From a virus (lineage: Duplodnaviria > Caudoviricetes), in the IMG/VR virus record IMGVR_UViG_3300032246_001342, positions 1 through 50,316 of that record: a DNA stretch of 50,316 bases; one strand, written 5' to 3'. The translations under genes were made by a program, and so were the position numbers. The notes beneath the pieces were generated by a model. The model ran no database searches. It was not told where the DNA came from and was given only the letters and a program-made list of their open reading frames with translations. Below, piece by piece: positions 17,737-27,437 of the stretch (the stretch's first letter is position 1; each line of letters opens with the position of its first letter).

Positions 17737-18409
17737 ATGCCCGCACGAGATGGAAGAATTCTTCACGGGCGGCGGGTTCATCACGAAACGCGCCGCGAAG
17801 GTCCGATGTGACCATCACGGAATTTTGCTTCCCGACGCCGCGCATCCGAATACAAAAATGCTCGGCTTCGATCATCACGGCGACGCCACGCGGTTCGAGG
17901 TGCGTTTCGATGGCGTCGGCAATTTGAGCGGTCAACCGCTCTTGGACTTGGAGCCGCCGGGCGAACACTTCGACCACGCGAGCGAGTTTCGAAATGCCGA
18001 CGACGCGGTTCCCGTTTGGGATGTATGCCACATGGACGCGCCCGACGAACGGCAACATGTGATGTTCGCAAAGCGAATAAAGCTCGATGTCTCGAAGGAG
18101 CACGATCCCGTCGTATGCCGTGGCGTCTTCGCCATCCGAATCGAATTGGCGAGCAAGGTGAACCGCCGGGTCGTCGTTGTAACCGGCGAGCAAATCCCGG
18201 TATGCCTTCGCGACCCGCATCGGCGTCTCGTGCGTTCCTGAATGACGGAACAAACCGAGCCGTTCCATAACGAGATCGACGGCGTCGGCGATTCCGCTCG
18301 TGTCGGCGGCGATTTTGGCCTCCGTGCCCTTTTGCGCGGGTTTCGGGTGTTCCGAGTCGTATTCGCTGGGAAACGCCGGGCGGAGGTCCTTGGAGGCGTC
18401 AAAATCCAC
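17735..18409 (-). CDS. folE: GTP cyclohydrolase I
   Basis: [47 protein letters not shown]; GTG start with GGAGGTG SD. Confidence 0.95.
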   Translation of the reverse strand: MDFDASKDLRPAFPSEYDSEHPKPAQKGTEAKIAADTSGIADAVDLVMERLGLFRHSGTHETPMRVAKAYRDLLAGYNDDPAVHLARQFDSDGEDATAYDGIVLLRDIELYSLCEHHMLPFVGRVHVAYIPNGNRVVGISKLARVVEVFARRLQVQERLTAQIADAIETHLEPRGVAVMIEAEHFCIRMRGVGKQNSVMVTSDLRGAFRDEPAAREEFFHLVRA

Positions 18410-19133
18410 GGCTCGCGTCACCTCCCAATGGAATCCGCCGAAGGTCGGCGTTTGGGTCCATCCGATCAACGCCGTACAATTTATGAAGTTGCCAACCCGC
18501 GCGAACTTCTTGGAGAAGCGGCGGCGATTGAACCGCCTCGCAAATTGCGCGCAACACTTCCGGGTCGTCCCGCTTGGACCATTCGGGATGGAGCCACACA
18601 ACCGAATCGGGACGGCGCGGTCGATTCATCAAACACGCCGCCGAAGCGACAAGCGATTCGCGCGATTCGACTATGAATTTGAATTCGTCGGCGAGGGCGA
18701 TGGATTGGTCGAGCGGATGCGCCGCGAACGGTTTGGGCGACAACGTGATCCAATCCCAATCGCCCGTGATCGGTCGGTGTCCGGCGGTTTCGAGGTGCGT
18801 GGCAAACCCACGCGCGCGAAGCGCGGTCGTCAATTCGCCAAGGTCGTACATGGTTGGCTCGCCGCCAGTCACAACGACAAACGGCAACGGTGATTCAATC
18901 GGGAGGTTTCTCCGAGCGTCGCCGACGTTCAACCAAACCAAATCGGCGATTTGTTCGCCGGTCACGCGCGGGTGTTGCGTTTTGAATTTTGGATGCCATG
19001 TACCCGCCGAATCACACCACGGACATGATTGGTCGCATCCGTGAAGCCGGACAAAATACGCCGCCCGTCCCATGTGGACGCCTTCGCCTTGAAACGCCCG
19101 GAAATGCTCATTCAGGACATATTGCCCGTTCAT
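18399..19133 (-). CDS. queE: 7-carboxy-7-deazaguanine synthase (radical SAM)
   Basis: [33 protein letters not shown]. Confidence 0.95.
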   Translation of the reverse strand: MNGQYVLNEHFRAFQGEGVHMGRAAYFVRLHGCDQSCPWCDSAGTWHPKFKTQHPRVTGEQIADLVWLNVGDARRNLPIESPLPFVVVTGGEPTMYDLGELTTALRARGFATHLETAGHRPITGDWDWITLSPKPFAAHPLDQSIALADEFKFIVESRESLVASAACLMNRPRRPDSVVWLHPEWSKRDDPEVLRAICEAVQSPPLLQEVRAGWQLHKLYGVDRMDPNADLRRIPLGGDASRGF

Positions 19134-19585
19134 GCTCGGAGTTCCACCCACGACGTTTCGGTTTCGACCACACGGAGCCGCACGAGTGACACATGAGCCG
19201 GGAGCCGTGGTTCGATGTCCGCCCACAAAATCGCCGCGATGTTCTCGGTTGTTGGTCGAACACCAAGGACCACGACCCGCGATTCGTTTCGGATTTCATC
19301 CCGAACCGGAATGTTCATGTCGTCCCGGTGAAGGTATGCCATCGTTTCGTGCTCGACAATGAACGCATGGTCGAACCGGTCGATGACGGGTTGGACGCAT
19401 GTTTTCAATCGGGTGAGGTCCATCACCATCCCGGCTTCTTGCCCATTGGCGACGAGCGCGCCAGCGGCGACCGAAACTTCGACCTTGTACGAATGCCCGT
19501 GAACATGTCCACAAAGGCCGTCGTACCCTTCGAGATAATGAGCGGCCTCGAAAGTGAACCGCTTGGTGATTTCAAGATTTGGCAT
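19130..19585 (-). CDS. queD: 6-carboxy-5,6,7,8-tetrahydropterin synthase
   Basis: FEAAH, CGHVHGHSY, FDH, PTTENIA, ETETS. Confidence 0.95.
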   Translation of the reverse strand: MPNLEITKRFTFEAAHYLEGYDGLCGHVHGHSYKVEVSVAAGALVANGQEAGMVMDLTRLKTCVQPVIDRFDHAFIVEHETMAYLHRDDMNIPVRDEIRNESRVVVLGVRPTTENIAAILWADIEPRLPAHVSLVRLRVVETETSWVELRA

Positions 19586-19600
19586 GGTTGATTGTTAGGT

Positions 19601-20302
19601 TTACGAACGAATGGTCGCGAGGACGGTGTCGAGGTCGGGCGCGGTTGGCGCATATTCCGTTGGGTCGTCGATTTCGGCGTCTCGAAAAGCTTCACGCCGT
19701 TCGATGCACGTCCCACACGCGCCACAATGAACGTCGCCGCCGAGGTAACAAGACCATGTCATTTCAAGCGGCGCGCCGTTCCATGCGCCCATTTTGACGA
19801 TCTGCGCTTTCGTTAGGGAAACGAACGGTCGTTCGAGGTTGATCGGTCGGTCGTCCGCGCGCCGCAACGCTTGGTCGAGTGCGATGGAAAAATCTTCCCG
19901 ACAATCGGGATAAATGGCTCGGTCGCCCGAATGCGCGCCGTAAATGACCGAACCGCCGCCGTGGGCGAGGCAGATCGCCGCCGCCGCCGAAATCATGAGC
20001 ATGTTCCGGTTTGGGACGATGGTCGCTTTCATGGACGGATCGGCGTAATGCCCGAACGGAACATCGACGTCCGGGTCGGTTTGCGATGATCCCGGAAGGT
20101 GCGACGCCATTCCCGACATGTCGATCACGTCATGAGGAACGCCAGCGATCCGGGCGATTTCGCTCGCGGCTTCAAGTTCCCGGCGACCGTGTCGTTGCCC
20201 GTAATTGATCGACACGGCGCGGAGCGGTCGTTCACGCTCCAAAAGCCGATAAAGTAGGACGGTCGAATCGAGTCCGCCCGAAAAAATACAAACGTTGATC
20301 AT
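19601..20302 (-). CDS. queC: 7-cyano-7-deazaguanine synthase
   Basis: SGGLDS, YGQRH, VPNRN, YPDCR, TWSCY...CGACGTCIER. Confidence 0.95.
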   Translation of the reverse strand: MINVCIFSGGLDSTVLLYRLLERERPLRAVSINYGQRHGRRELEAASEIARIAGVPHDVIDMSGMASHLPGSSQTDPDVDVPFGHYADPSMKATIVPNRNMLMISAAAAICLAHGGGSVIYGAHSGDRAIYPDCREDFSIALDQALRRADDRPINLERPFVSLTKAQIVKMGAWNGAPLEMTWSCYLGGDVHCGACGTCIERREAFRDAEIDDPTEYAPTAPDLDTVLATIRS

Positions 20303-21120
20303 CGTCGTTTTGTTCCTTCCAATTGCCACGCCTGTTCGACCCAATCAAGGTCGTTCATCGAACCACACGCGGCGTAAACGTGCGAACCGAATGTCCGTTC
20401 GGCGTCGGTCGAAAATCGAATAATGGAACGCGCGCCGAGGACGCCCATGTCGCGCCGCCAAAAATCTTCGGTCCGCATTTTGGCGCGGGTGACGCCGTAC
20501 GATTCGAGCGTTTTCCATGTGTCGGCGTTGATTTTGCCCGCCTTCCACATGCCTTTGTGAATGCCGTTTCGACGTCCACGCCCGGCGTACAACATCACTT
20601 GAAGGCCGCGTGTCCCAAACATCCAATTCGTCGAATCGCACGAATACGGCTTGGTCGCCGCGATGGTCGGCGGCGACACATGTCCGAGTAAATGCGCTTT
20701 TCTCCCGTGGACCTTGCCCATGAACCATTTGCAAAATCCGGCCTTGTCTTGTGATCCGCCGAGGCCACCAACCGCGACAACGTCGGCGAGGCCGAACAAA
20801 TCGTCGATGTCGGTTTCTGGCATTCCGCGTTGGAACACCGCAATCGGTTTGAGGCCCGAATCGACCATCGCGCGAAGGTTGTCGATGGTTGCGGCGCGGT
20901 CGCCGACCACGTCCAATTGGAAATAACCGGTCGGCTCGAATGGCAACGCGCGAAGGAACGCGATGTATTCGTCGAGGCGGATCGGTTTCCCAGCGTTCCA
21001 CGCGCTGAACGCGCCGGAGTCGATGTAAACGTTCGCGCCGCGCTCGCGCATGTCGGCGAGTTTCGCGACGATGGTCGCCGAGGCGTACGGGAAGGCGACG
21101 AGGACGTTTACGCCGATCAT
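20299..21120 (-). CDS. dpdA: DpdA-like DNA 7-deazaguanine transglycosylase (TGT fold)
   Basis: YIDSGAFS, LDVVGD, AVGG, HLLG, YSCDSTNW; directly upstream of queC-D-E-folE. Confidence 0.8.
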   Translation of the reverse strand: MIGVNVLVAFPYASATIVAKLADMRERGANVYIDSGAFSAWNAGKPIRLDEYIAFLRALPFEPTGYFQLDVVGDRAATIDNLRAMVDSGLKPIAVFQRGMPETDIDDLFGLADVVAVGGLGGSQDKAGFCKWFMGKVHGRKAHLLGHVSPPTIAATKPYSCDSTNWMFGTRGLQVMLYAGRGRRNGIHKGMWKAGKINADTWKTLESYGVTRAKMRTEDFWRRDMGVLGARSIIRFSTDAERTFGSHVYAACGSMNDLDWVEQAWQLEGTKRR

Positions 21121-21689
21121 TCGATGGTCACTCCGTCGAACGATTCCACGGCGGCGGCGATGGCGGTTTTCACGTCCCCAATGATGGACCTCGGAGCATG
21201 GACGACAACCCGTTCGATTGCATCCGAACCGTTTTCGCGTTTTTGGTGTCCACGGTTCACGACGTCTTCGTCCCATTCACCGGCAAGCGACGCGAGGATT
21301 TCATCGGCTTCGGTCGATCCGTACCCGGTACCGGTGAGGCCGAGTTCCGTTTGAACCAATTCCGCGAGGATTGCGCCGAGCGATTGTTCGTCGTAATCGG
21401 CAAGGTCCGACGTTTTGTTGTCGGCGAGGATGATCCGTTTGGCCTCTTCGTCGGACACATCGACCCAAAGGACCGGGATTTCGTCCGCTTGCTCTTGGAT
21501 CGCCGCCAAATACCGATGGTTGCCCGCGAGAATGTAGTTGGTCGATTGTTGAACAACAACCGCGCCGTAAAACCCGTTTGTTTTGACTGATTCGGCGATG
21601 ACGGCAACATTTCCGCGCCGTGGGTTGAGCGGGTGCGTGTGGAGCGTCGCCACTGGCACCATTTCAAATGCTTGGTTAATCACGCGCAT
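21117..21689 (-). CDS. ParB/Srx-like N-terminal domain protein
   Basis: LHTHPLNPRRGN, IAESVKTNGF, ILAGNHRYLAA, ILADNK. Confidence 0.85.
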   Translation of the reverse strand: MRVINQAFEMVPVATLHTHPLNPRRGNVAVIAESVKTNGFYGAVVVQQSTNYILAGNHRYLAAIQEQADEIPVLWVDVSDEEAKRIILADNKTSDLADYDEQSLGAILAELVQTELGLTGTGYGSTEADEILASLAGEWDEDVVNRGHQKRENGSDAIERVVVHAPRSIIGDVKTAIAAAVESFDGVTIE

Positions 21690-21806
21690 TTGGCGCGTCC
21701 TACCGGAGCGATACGGTTTTTGGTGCTCCGGGTTTGCGGGTGTTTGCGGTTCATGTCCGGGAGCAAGTGTACACGGATGCTCCCGGATGTTGTGATCAAC
21801 CCGGCG

Positions 21807-22070
21807 TCAATCCTTGACGCGGAGGAACAAATTCCCGTCGATCTTGACGTCCGTTTTGACGAACAAAAAGCGGATCGGGAGTTTTGCTTTGACCGGGATG
21901 TCGGCTTCGCCGTCGCCGGGTTTGGCGTCGTTCATGTCGAAGTATGCGGAAAGGACCCGCGCGGCGTCTGCCACGTTGTCGGGAACCTCGACGTCTACCG
22001 GAGTGACTCGGATTTCGGGCGTGGGATCGCCGCCCGTGTTGATTTCGATCCCGATTTGGAGTTTTGCCAT
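21807..22070 (-). CDS. Hypothetical protein
   Basis: 87 aa beta-rich ORF divergent from the promoter at 22108. Confidence 0.55.
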   Translation of the reverse strand: MAKLQIGIEINTGGDPTPEIRVTPVDVEVPDNVADAARVLSAYFDMNDAKPGDGEADIPVKAKLPIRFLFVKTDVKIDGNLFLRVKD

Positions 22071-22107
22071 ATCGTCCAATTGTGGCCCGCAACCACGCCC
22101 GGACCCG

Positions 22108-22145
22108 TTGTCTTTGGTTGCCAATCGGTGTACAATGTACACGAC
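22108..22145 (+). promoter_or_regulatory. Sigma70-type promoter with perfect operator palindrome
   Basis: TTGTCT-17-TACAAT; GTGTACAATGTACAC at 22128..22142; ATG at 22146. Confidence 0.8.
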
Positions 22146-22397
22146 ATGAACGCAACCATCGACCTTCGCGCCATCCGGTCGGCGACCGACCTCGCGGCGG
22201 CTTTACATCCGGCAAACCCAAAAGTTCGGTTTGCCCGCAACCAAAACGACAACGCTCTCGCCCAATGGGACAACGGAGCATGGCGCGGCCTTTTTGCCAA
22301 ATTGATCGGCGACCTTGGTTGGTCCGCATATCCCGACGTCGCCGTGAACGGTCAACCAATGGTCGCCGAATGGATCGAAATCGAGGTGCAACCATGA
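22146..22397 (+). CDS. Hypothetical protein
   Basis: ATG at the conserved promoter spacing. Confidence 0.6.
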   Translation: MNATIDLRAIRSATDLAAALHPANPKVRFARNQNDNALAQWDNGAWRGLFAKLIGDLGWSAYPDVAVNGQPMVAEWIEIEVQP

Positions 22398-22687
22398 ACA
22401 AATCAACATCACGCGGGATCGTCGGTTTGTTCCGGGCGTCGTGCGATGCCCTCGAAGCCGCTTTGCGCGGTGTCGATGGCGGGATTGCATTCAACGGGTA
22501 TTCGTGGGTCGGCGGTTCGATGCCCGAAGTTCAAGACGTGGACGTATGCGTCGTTCGATTGGTGAAGACGGGCGACGGGCGCATCACCGGAACCATTTCC
22601 GATGTTTTGTCGCATGATGAAGCGACCGAAATCCGCCAACAATTGAACGGTCACGCCGGAACCCACGGTGTCGATTTGTCCTTCTGA
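22394..22687 (+). CDS. Hypothetical protein
   Basis: SD GAGGTG, ATGA overlap. Confidence 0.6.
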   Translation: MNKSTSRGIVGLFRASCDALEAALRGVDGGIAFNGYSWVGGSMPEVQDVDVCVVRLVKTGDGRITGTISDVLSHDEATEIRQQLNGHAGTHGVDLSF

Positions 22688-22694
22688 CGCAACA

Positions 22695-22727
22695 ACGCCC
22701 GGCGTACCATCCAAGGTTGCCGGGCGT
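22695..22727. terminator. Hairpin between convergent genes
   Basis: ACGCCCGGC...GCCGGGCGT; no clear U-tract. Confidence 0.5.
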
Positions 22728-22735
22728 CGATCTGT

Positions 22736-23248
22736 CTATTGGTGATCGTTTTCGCGCCGATTGGTTATCGGGTTTGAATTTTCAACCACGACCACACGTT
22801 GCGGCGGGTTGTCTTCGCTGATTGAGACTTGCAACGGCGCGGTCGTTCCGATCACTTTCACCCGCTGGGCGGCGGAATCTTCCGCATCATCGCCGAGTTT
22901 GACCAAGGCTTCACGCATGAACGCCGGAATCGGAATACCGAGTTTGCCCGCATTTTCGAAGATGCTCAAACCTTCCGGGACGATGTAAAACAAACTCACG
23001 AACAACGCGAGCGGAACCGTCGGGATGAACGGATCGACGACCGCCGCGAACGCGACAATCAACAACACACCCATTTTTTTTGTGACGCCACGCCATGACG
23101 CCGACGAACTCATTTGCTTTGTCCCGAAAGCGATCAATAAACCCATGATGGTATCGAGCACCATCGACGCCATCAACACGTAAAGAGCGGGCGCGGCAGA
23201 TTGGAAATCTTGCCGAGCCATTGTCATGAATTGGTTCATGGCTTCCAA
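22736..23248 (-). CDS. Holin (phage holin family 4-like)
   Basis: Hydrophobic segments; DTIMG, SSSASWRGVTKK, EGLSIFENAGKLGIPIP. Confidence 0.88.
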   Translation of the reverse strand: MEAMNQFMTMARQDFQSAAPALYVLMASMVLDTIMGLLIAFGTKQMSSSASWRGVTKKMGVLLIVAFAAVVDPFIPTVPLALFVSLFYIVPEGLSIFENAGKLGIPIPAFMREALVKLGDDAEDSAAQRVKVIGTTAPLQVSISEDNPPQRVVVVENSNPITNRRENDHQ

Positions 23249-23803
23249 TTAAAGGCGTCCTTCCTTGGCCCATTTGCGAATCGTTTCGTCGGCGATTTCA
23301 AAATGCATCCCGTCTTCGGTCGGAAATTCCGCGCCCCACCACCAACCGGCTTTGTGAAAAAACGGATACAACCGCATCAACCCGACTTGGACAAAGCCAT
23401 CGCCACGGGTGTCGAGTTTGCCGCCGACCGTCAAATCGACCGCAAAGCCCCACGAATGGTTGCTCCACGATTCGCCGCCTCGCACTTTTCGCGCGCATAA
23501 CATCCCGGCGGTTCCAAGGATGCCATAAAGGTCGGGATCGGCGGCCTTTACGTCGGCAAGAACACCGGCGAGTGATTCGACGGCGGCTTTGTGGCCTGTC
23601 ACCCGAAACGGTCCGACGGATTGGGTCACGATTTTTGCTTTGAGTCGCGGATTGGTGACCGGCCCGCAATCTTCGGCCTTTCGATCCGATGGCGCGCCGA
23701 ACAATTCCATGACGGTAGCTTGTCGGAGGTTAGTTAAACCGGTATTGATTGAGTCCGGCGTTGGCTCCGGGATCGTCTTCGTGAAACGTTCGGCGTTCGG
23801 CAT
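23249..23803 (-). CDS. Endolysin, M15-family (L-Ala-D-Glu-type) peptidase
   Basis: RKVRG, SNHSWGFAVD, WGAEF, DGMHFE; next to holin. Confidence 0.85.
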   Translation of the reverse strand: MPNAERFTKTIPEPTPDSINTGLTNLRQATVMELFGAPSDRKAEDCGPVTNPRLKAKIVTQSVGPFRVTGHKAAVESLAGVLADVKAADPDLYGILGTAGMLCARKVRGGESWSNHSWGFAVDLTVGGKLDTRGDGFVQVGLMRLYPFFHKAGWWWGAEFPTEDGMHFEIADETIRKWAKEGRL

Positions 23804-23935
23804 AGTTTCCCACCTCAACGACGCCTCGACCAATCCGAGCGGGGCTTCCGGCTCCGGTTTCGCGGAGCAAGCGCGGACATGAAGGGGAACCATCCACCCC
23901 GCTCGAATTGTCGTTGGTCGCCGTCGGTCGAAAGT

Positions 23936-24550
23936 CTACTCGGTACCTTCCGATTCGATTGTGTCGAAGACCGCGCCCGCCGCAAAATCGCGCATCGACC
24001 GGAACCCGTCAACACGGACACGCCGGTTTTCGGCGGTTGGGCTGACCTGTGACGCCCTCGTTGACGGTTGCGCGGGTTTTGGCGCGTCGTCGTCCGCCAA
24101 GTGGCGGAAACGGGCGCGAATTGCGTCGATTTGCGCCCGCCGTTCGGCGCGCTCGGCTTCTTGCTCTTCCGGCGTGAGTGATTCCCACCGTTCGCGTTCG
24201 GCTTCCTCTTCGAGCCGTTTCATTTCCGCCTCTTCACGGAGTTTTGCGAGGCGCGCTTTGTTGATCCGTTTTTCACGGATCATCCGAGCATGTTCGATGA
24301 TTTGGCACGGAGCCGGAAACCATTCGTTCGACTTCATGTACGACAACAAAGCGGGCATGATGTCGTCGGCTTCGACGCCCGCATCCGAAAGGACGAATGA
24401 CCAAATCGCGGTGTCGTCGGATTGAAGCGATTCCGGCCCTTTCCGCAACGTCCGCCGAGCGACGACGAGCATTTTCCCGGTTTCGATTTCCGGGATGCCA
24501 GTCGAAACTAAAACCGACCCGCCGGTTTTTTCGGGTGTGTTATCCGCCAT
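23936..24550 (-). CDS. Replication accessory protein (possible helicase loader/inhibitor)
   Basis: Directly downstream of the initiator; IWSFVLSD...WFPAPCQI pattern. Confidence 0.5.
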   Translation of the reverse strand: MADNTPEKTGGSVLVSTGIPEIETGKMLVVARRTLRKGPESLQSDDTAIWSFVLSDAGVEADDIMPALLSYMKSNEWFPAPCQIIEHARMIREKRINKARLAKLREEAEMKRLEEEAERERWESLTPEEQEAERAERRAQIDAIRARFRHLADDDAPKPAQPSTRASQVSPTAENRRVRVDGFRSMRDFAAGAVFDTIESEGTE

Positions 24551-25553
24551 TGGTCAAACCTTCCGTGATCCGTGCGAGTTCGTCGATTGCCGATTCATTC
24601 CGCCGAGGTTGATTTCCACGGGCGTCGATTTGGGATTGTGTCACGGCAACACGGGCGAGTTTGGATTTTGTGACTGTCCAACGTGGTTCGTAATGCCCGA
24701 TTTGTTGACGGATCGACGCGACCGGGTCACCGCTTCCATATTTGGCCTTTTTGTCGGCGGCGTGGAATTCTTGCCAATTGGTGACCATGTCGCGAATCGC
24801 GTCGTCGTGCGGAGCGATTTCCCGGAGCCGGGCGATGAGTCCTGTCACACGGTCGAGTGTCGCGGGTCGGCTGGCGCGGTTGTATTTCGGGATCGAAGCA
24901 ATGGCGCGCCCAATGAACGGGACGAGTTCGTCGGTCGCGTTTTCCCAATAATCCGGGACCGGTTCCTTTGATGGTTCATCATCGCGCGGGTCGGTATTAC
25001 TACTATCATAAGTAGTATATAGAGCCGGGCCTTTTACCGTAAGATCGGCGGGTTTTACGGTAACGGACGCCGGACCATTCTCGTTTACCGTAAGATCGGC
25101 GGGTTTTACGGTAATTCCATTTGGTTTGAATTCGGGTGTTTTTGGGCGTTTCGGCGCGCGTTTCCGAAGGCCATACCGGTCGCGGGCGAATTTCCACAAC
25201 ATCGACGGTTCACGTTCGCCGGATTCCGGGTTCGGATAAATGGCGCGCATCATGTGCAATTCTTGGAACGATTGCGTGTCGAACCAATCCCGGATGCGAA
25301 CGAATCGTTCGTCGTCGATTTCGTACGATTCCAACACGCCACACCGCACGAGCGACGCGAGGGCGATTTCGACGTCGGCGACCGACGCGCGGCCCGGTAC
25401 GACGTTCATCGCCCACCAACCCGGCGTGGCCTTCAATCGACCGTAATCGTCACAAGCGGTATGCGCCCATGTGTACATCAAACAAGCGAGGGCGGAAGCG
25501 TCGGCGAGCCGGTCGTCGATCCGCATGGCGGCTTTGATCACCGCGCTATTCAT
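24540..25553 (-). CDS. Replication initiator protein (lambda O/DnaD-like arrangement)
   Basis: N-terminal CDDYGRL...LVRCGVLESYE winged-helix pattern; internal DNA repeats (TVKPADLTV twice). Confidence 0.7.
   Translation of the reverse strand: MNSAVIKAAMRIDDRLADASALACLMYTWAHTACDDYGRLKATPGWWAMNVVPGRASVADVEIALASLVRCGVLESYEIDDERFVRIRDWFDTQSFQELHMMRAIYPNPESGEREPSMLWKFARDRYGLRKRAPKRPKTPEFKPNGITVKPADLTVNENGPASVTVKPADLTVKGPALYTTYDSSNTDPRDDEPSKEPVPDYWENATDELVPFIGRAIASIPKYNRASRPATLDRVTGLIARLREIAPHDDAIRDMVTNWQEFHAADKKAKYGSGDPVASIRQQIGHYEPRWTVTKSKLARVAVTQSQIDARGNQPRRNESAIDELARITEGLTNGG
24995..25115. repeat. Putative replication origin: AT-rich patch plus two 32-bp palindromic iterons
   Basis: TTTACCGTAAGATCGGCGGGTTTTACGGTAA starts at 25033 and 25084; AT-rich tattactactatcataagtagtatatag at 24995..25022. 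Confidence 0.7.
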
Positions 25554-25667
25554 TTCGTTTTGGTTCCTTCATGTCGTTTCGTTTTGGTTGTGTCGTCGGC
25601 GACACCCGGCGCGCGTCTTGCCACACGGACCGGATTCGTCATTTTATAGCGGACCGGACCCGAAAGG

Positions 25668-27437
25668 CTACCGGCGACCATTTCGCGAAGCATTTGTCCG
25701 CTGGCTGATCAATGCGTGAGCTTCGCCCGCCGTCAATGACGGGTGTCGCGAAAGGTCGATCCCCATTCGGCGAAGGACGGCGATTTGTTTCTCGCTCGCC
25801 GTCGCTTGTTTCCAACGAGCGTCGCGAACGGCGAACATCCCCATGTTAGGCCATGAAGACACGAGGACCCGATCCGAATCCCGGAACGCTTGGGTGAGGT
25901 TGTTGGCGACCCGCAATTCAGGCCGAAGCGCATCGACACGGTTTTCGCCGTTCCGGTAATGCGTCACCATTCGCAAAACGTGATGACCGAGCACGTCTTT
26001 TTTGAGGTACGCCGTCCGGCGTCCTTTCCCGTCGTCGGATGGCCCGCAATCGAGCACGAATTCGCCGGGACTCATTTCGAGCCAACCAAACCGCGACGAC
26101 CGTTTGACCTCTTCCGGTACGACTGTTTGCGCCAACAAATCGACTTCGGAAATGAGACGCAAAATGTCTTGGAAATTACGCGGCTTGCGCGTTGCGATGG
26201 CACCGGCGCGCGCGCCCAAATCGTCCATCGCGTCGGCGGTCTCGGTGAGCGTTTTCCCTTGAAGGTCGAGCCGAGGCGGAAGCCCGAGCAACGCGGGAAC
26301 CGATGCGAGTTCGTGTTTTGCCGTGATGTCCACGACGTCGATCACGAAACAATCGGGTTTGCCCGATTCGGCGATTGCCGAGCGGCGAACATCCGGTCCC
26401 GCGTTTTCGAGGTGTTCGATGATGCCCGGAAGGACGCGCGTCCCACGTCCGACCATTTGGCAATAAAGGCCCCATGATTGCGTGGGTCGGAGCATCAACA
26501 CACACCCGACACTCGGTTCGTCGAAACCTTCGGTCAACACTTCCACGTTGCAAAGGACCGTCGTTGTCCCACGCCGGAACCGCTCCATGACGGCGCGCCG
26601 CGCGTCTTTGTCCATTGTTCCATCGACATGCTCGGATCGGATTCCGGCGGCGTTGAACATCGACGCCACATGTTCGGCGTGTTCAACACCGGTACAAAAC
26701 ACGATGGTTTTCCGGCCTTGCGCGATTTCGCGCCACGCGCTGACCGCCAATTCGTTTCGCTCTTCCGTGTCCACGGCTTGTTGCAATTCGGATTGGCTGA
26801 ATTCGCCACCTCGCGTTCGGATTCCCGAAAGGTCGAGCGACGTTTCGACACGGAACCCGCGAATGTCGCAAAGGTAACCATCCATGATGGCGCGACGGAG
26901 TTCGTACCGGTAAACCTCTTCCTCGAACACGGCGTCATGGTCGCCATAGAGCGGCTTGTTGTCGAGCCGTTTGGGTGTTGCCGTGACTCCGACCGTAAAG
27001 CAACGCCCGGAATATGCGCCGAGTGCCTCCATGACAATTTGGTAACTCTCGGCGATGGCGTGATGTGCTTCGTCGATGATCAACAAATCGGCGTTCGCGA
27101 TGGAATCAAGGCGCGCCGATCCTTTGCGCCCGACCGTTTGCACGGATGCGACGACCACGTCGTCCATTGGACCGGATCGGCGCGACGCCGCTTCGATCCC
27201 GACGTTGAGGCCATCGACGACCCGTTCGATTTTGTCTTTGGCTTGGTCGAGCAATTCTTCACGGTGAGCAAGGACGACGGCGCGACCAACGCCGCGCGCA
27301 AATTGTTCTTCGATGATCTTCGCGAACGTGACCGTCTTCCCGGTCCCGGTCGGCATGGTGAGCAACACACGGTCGTTCACACCGCGCGCGTTGTCCACGG
27401 CGTCCACGGCGTCGCGTTGGTATTGGCGAATTCTCAT
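25668..27437 (-). CDS. Superfamily II DEAD/DEAH-box helicase
   Basis: YQ, PTGTGKT, AHREEL, IIDEAHH, TATP, LTEGFD, QMVGRGTR. Confidence 0.93.
   Translation of the reverse strand: MRIRQYQRDAVDAVDNARGVNDRVLLTMPTGTGKTVTFAKIIEEQFARGVGRAVVLAHREELLDQAKDKIERVVDGLNVGIEAASRRSGPMDDVVVASVQTVGRKGSARLDSIANADLLIIDEAHHAIAESYQIVMEALGAYSGRCFTVGVTATPKRLDNKPLYGDHDAVFEEEVYRYELRRAIMDGYLCDIRGFRVETSLDLSGIRTRGGEFSQSELQQAVDTEERNELAVSAWREIAQGRKTIVFCTGVEHAEHVASMFNAAGIRSEHVDGTMDKDARRAVMERFRRGTTTVLCNVEVLTEGFDEPSVGCVLMLRPTQSWGLYCQMVGRGTRVLPGIIEHLENAGPDVRRSAIAESGKPDCFVIDVVDITAKHELASVPALLGLPPRLDLQGKTLTETADAMDDLGARAGAIATRKPRNFQDILRLISEVDLLAQTVVPEEVKRSSRFGWLEMSPGEFVLDCGPSDDGKGRRTAYLKKDVLGHHVLRMVTHYRNGENRVDALRPELRVANNLTQAFRDSDRVLVSSWPNMGMFAVRDARWKQATASEKQIAVLRRMGIDLSRHPSLTAGEAHALISQRTNASRNGRR

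Noticed and set aside
21117-21689. ParABS plasmid partition system
   Set aside because: Only a ParB N-terminal domain is present, with no ParA or evident HTH, and it lies in the modification operon
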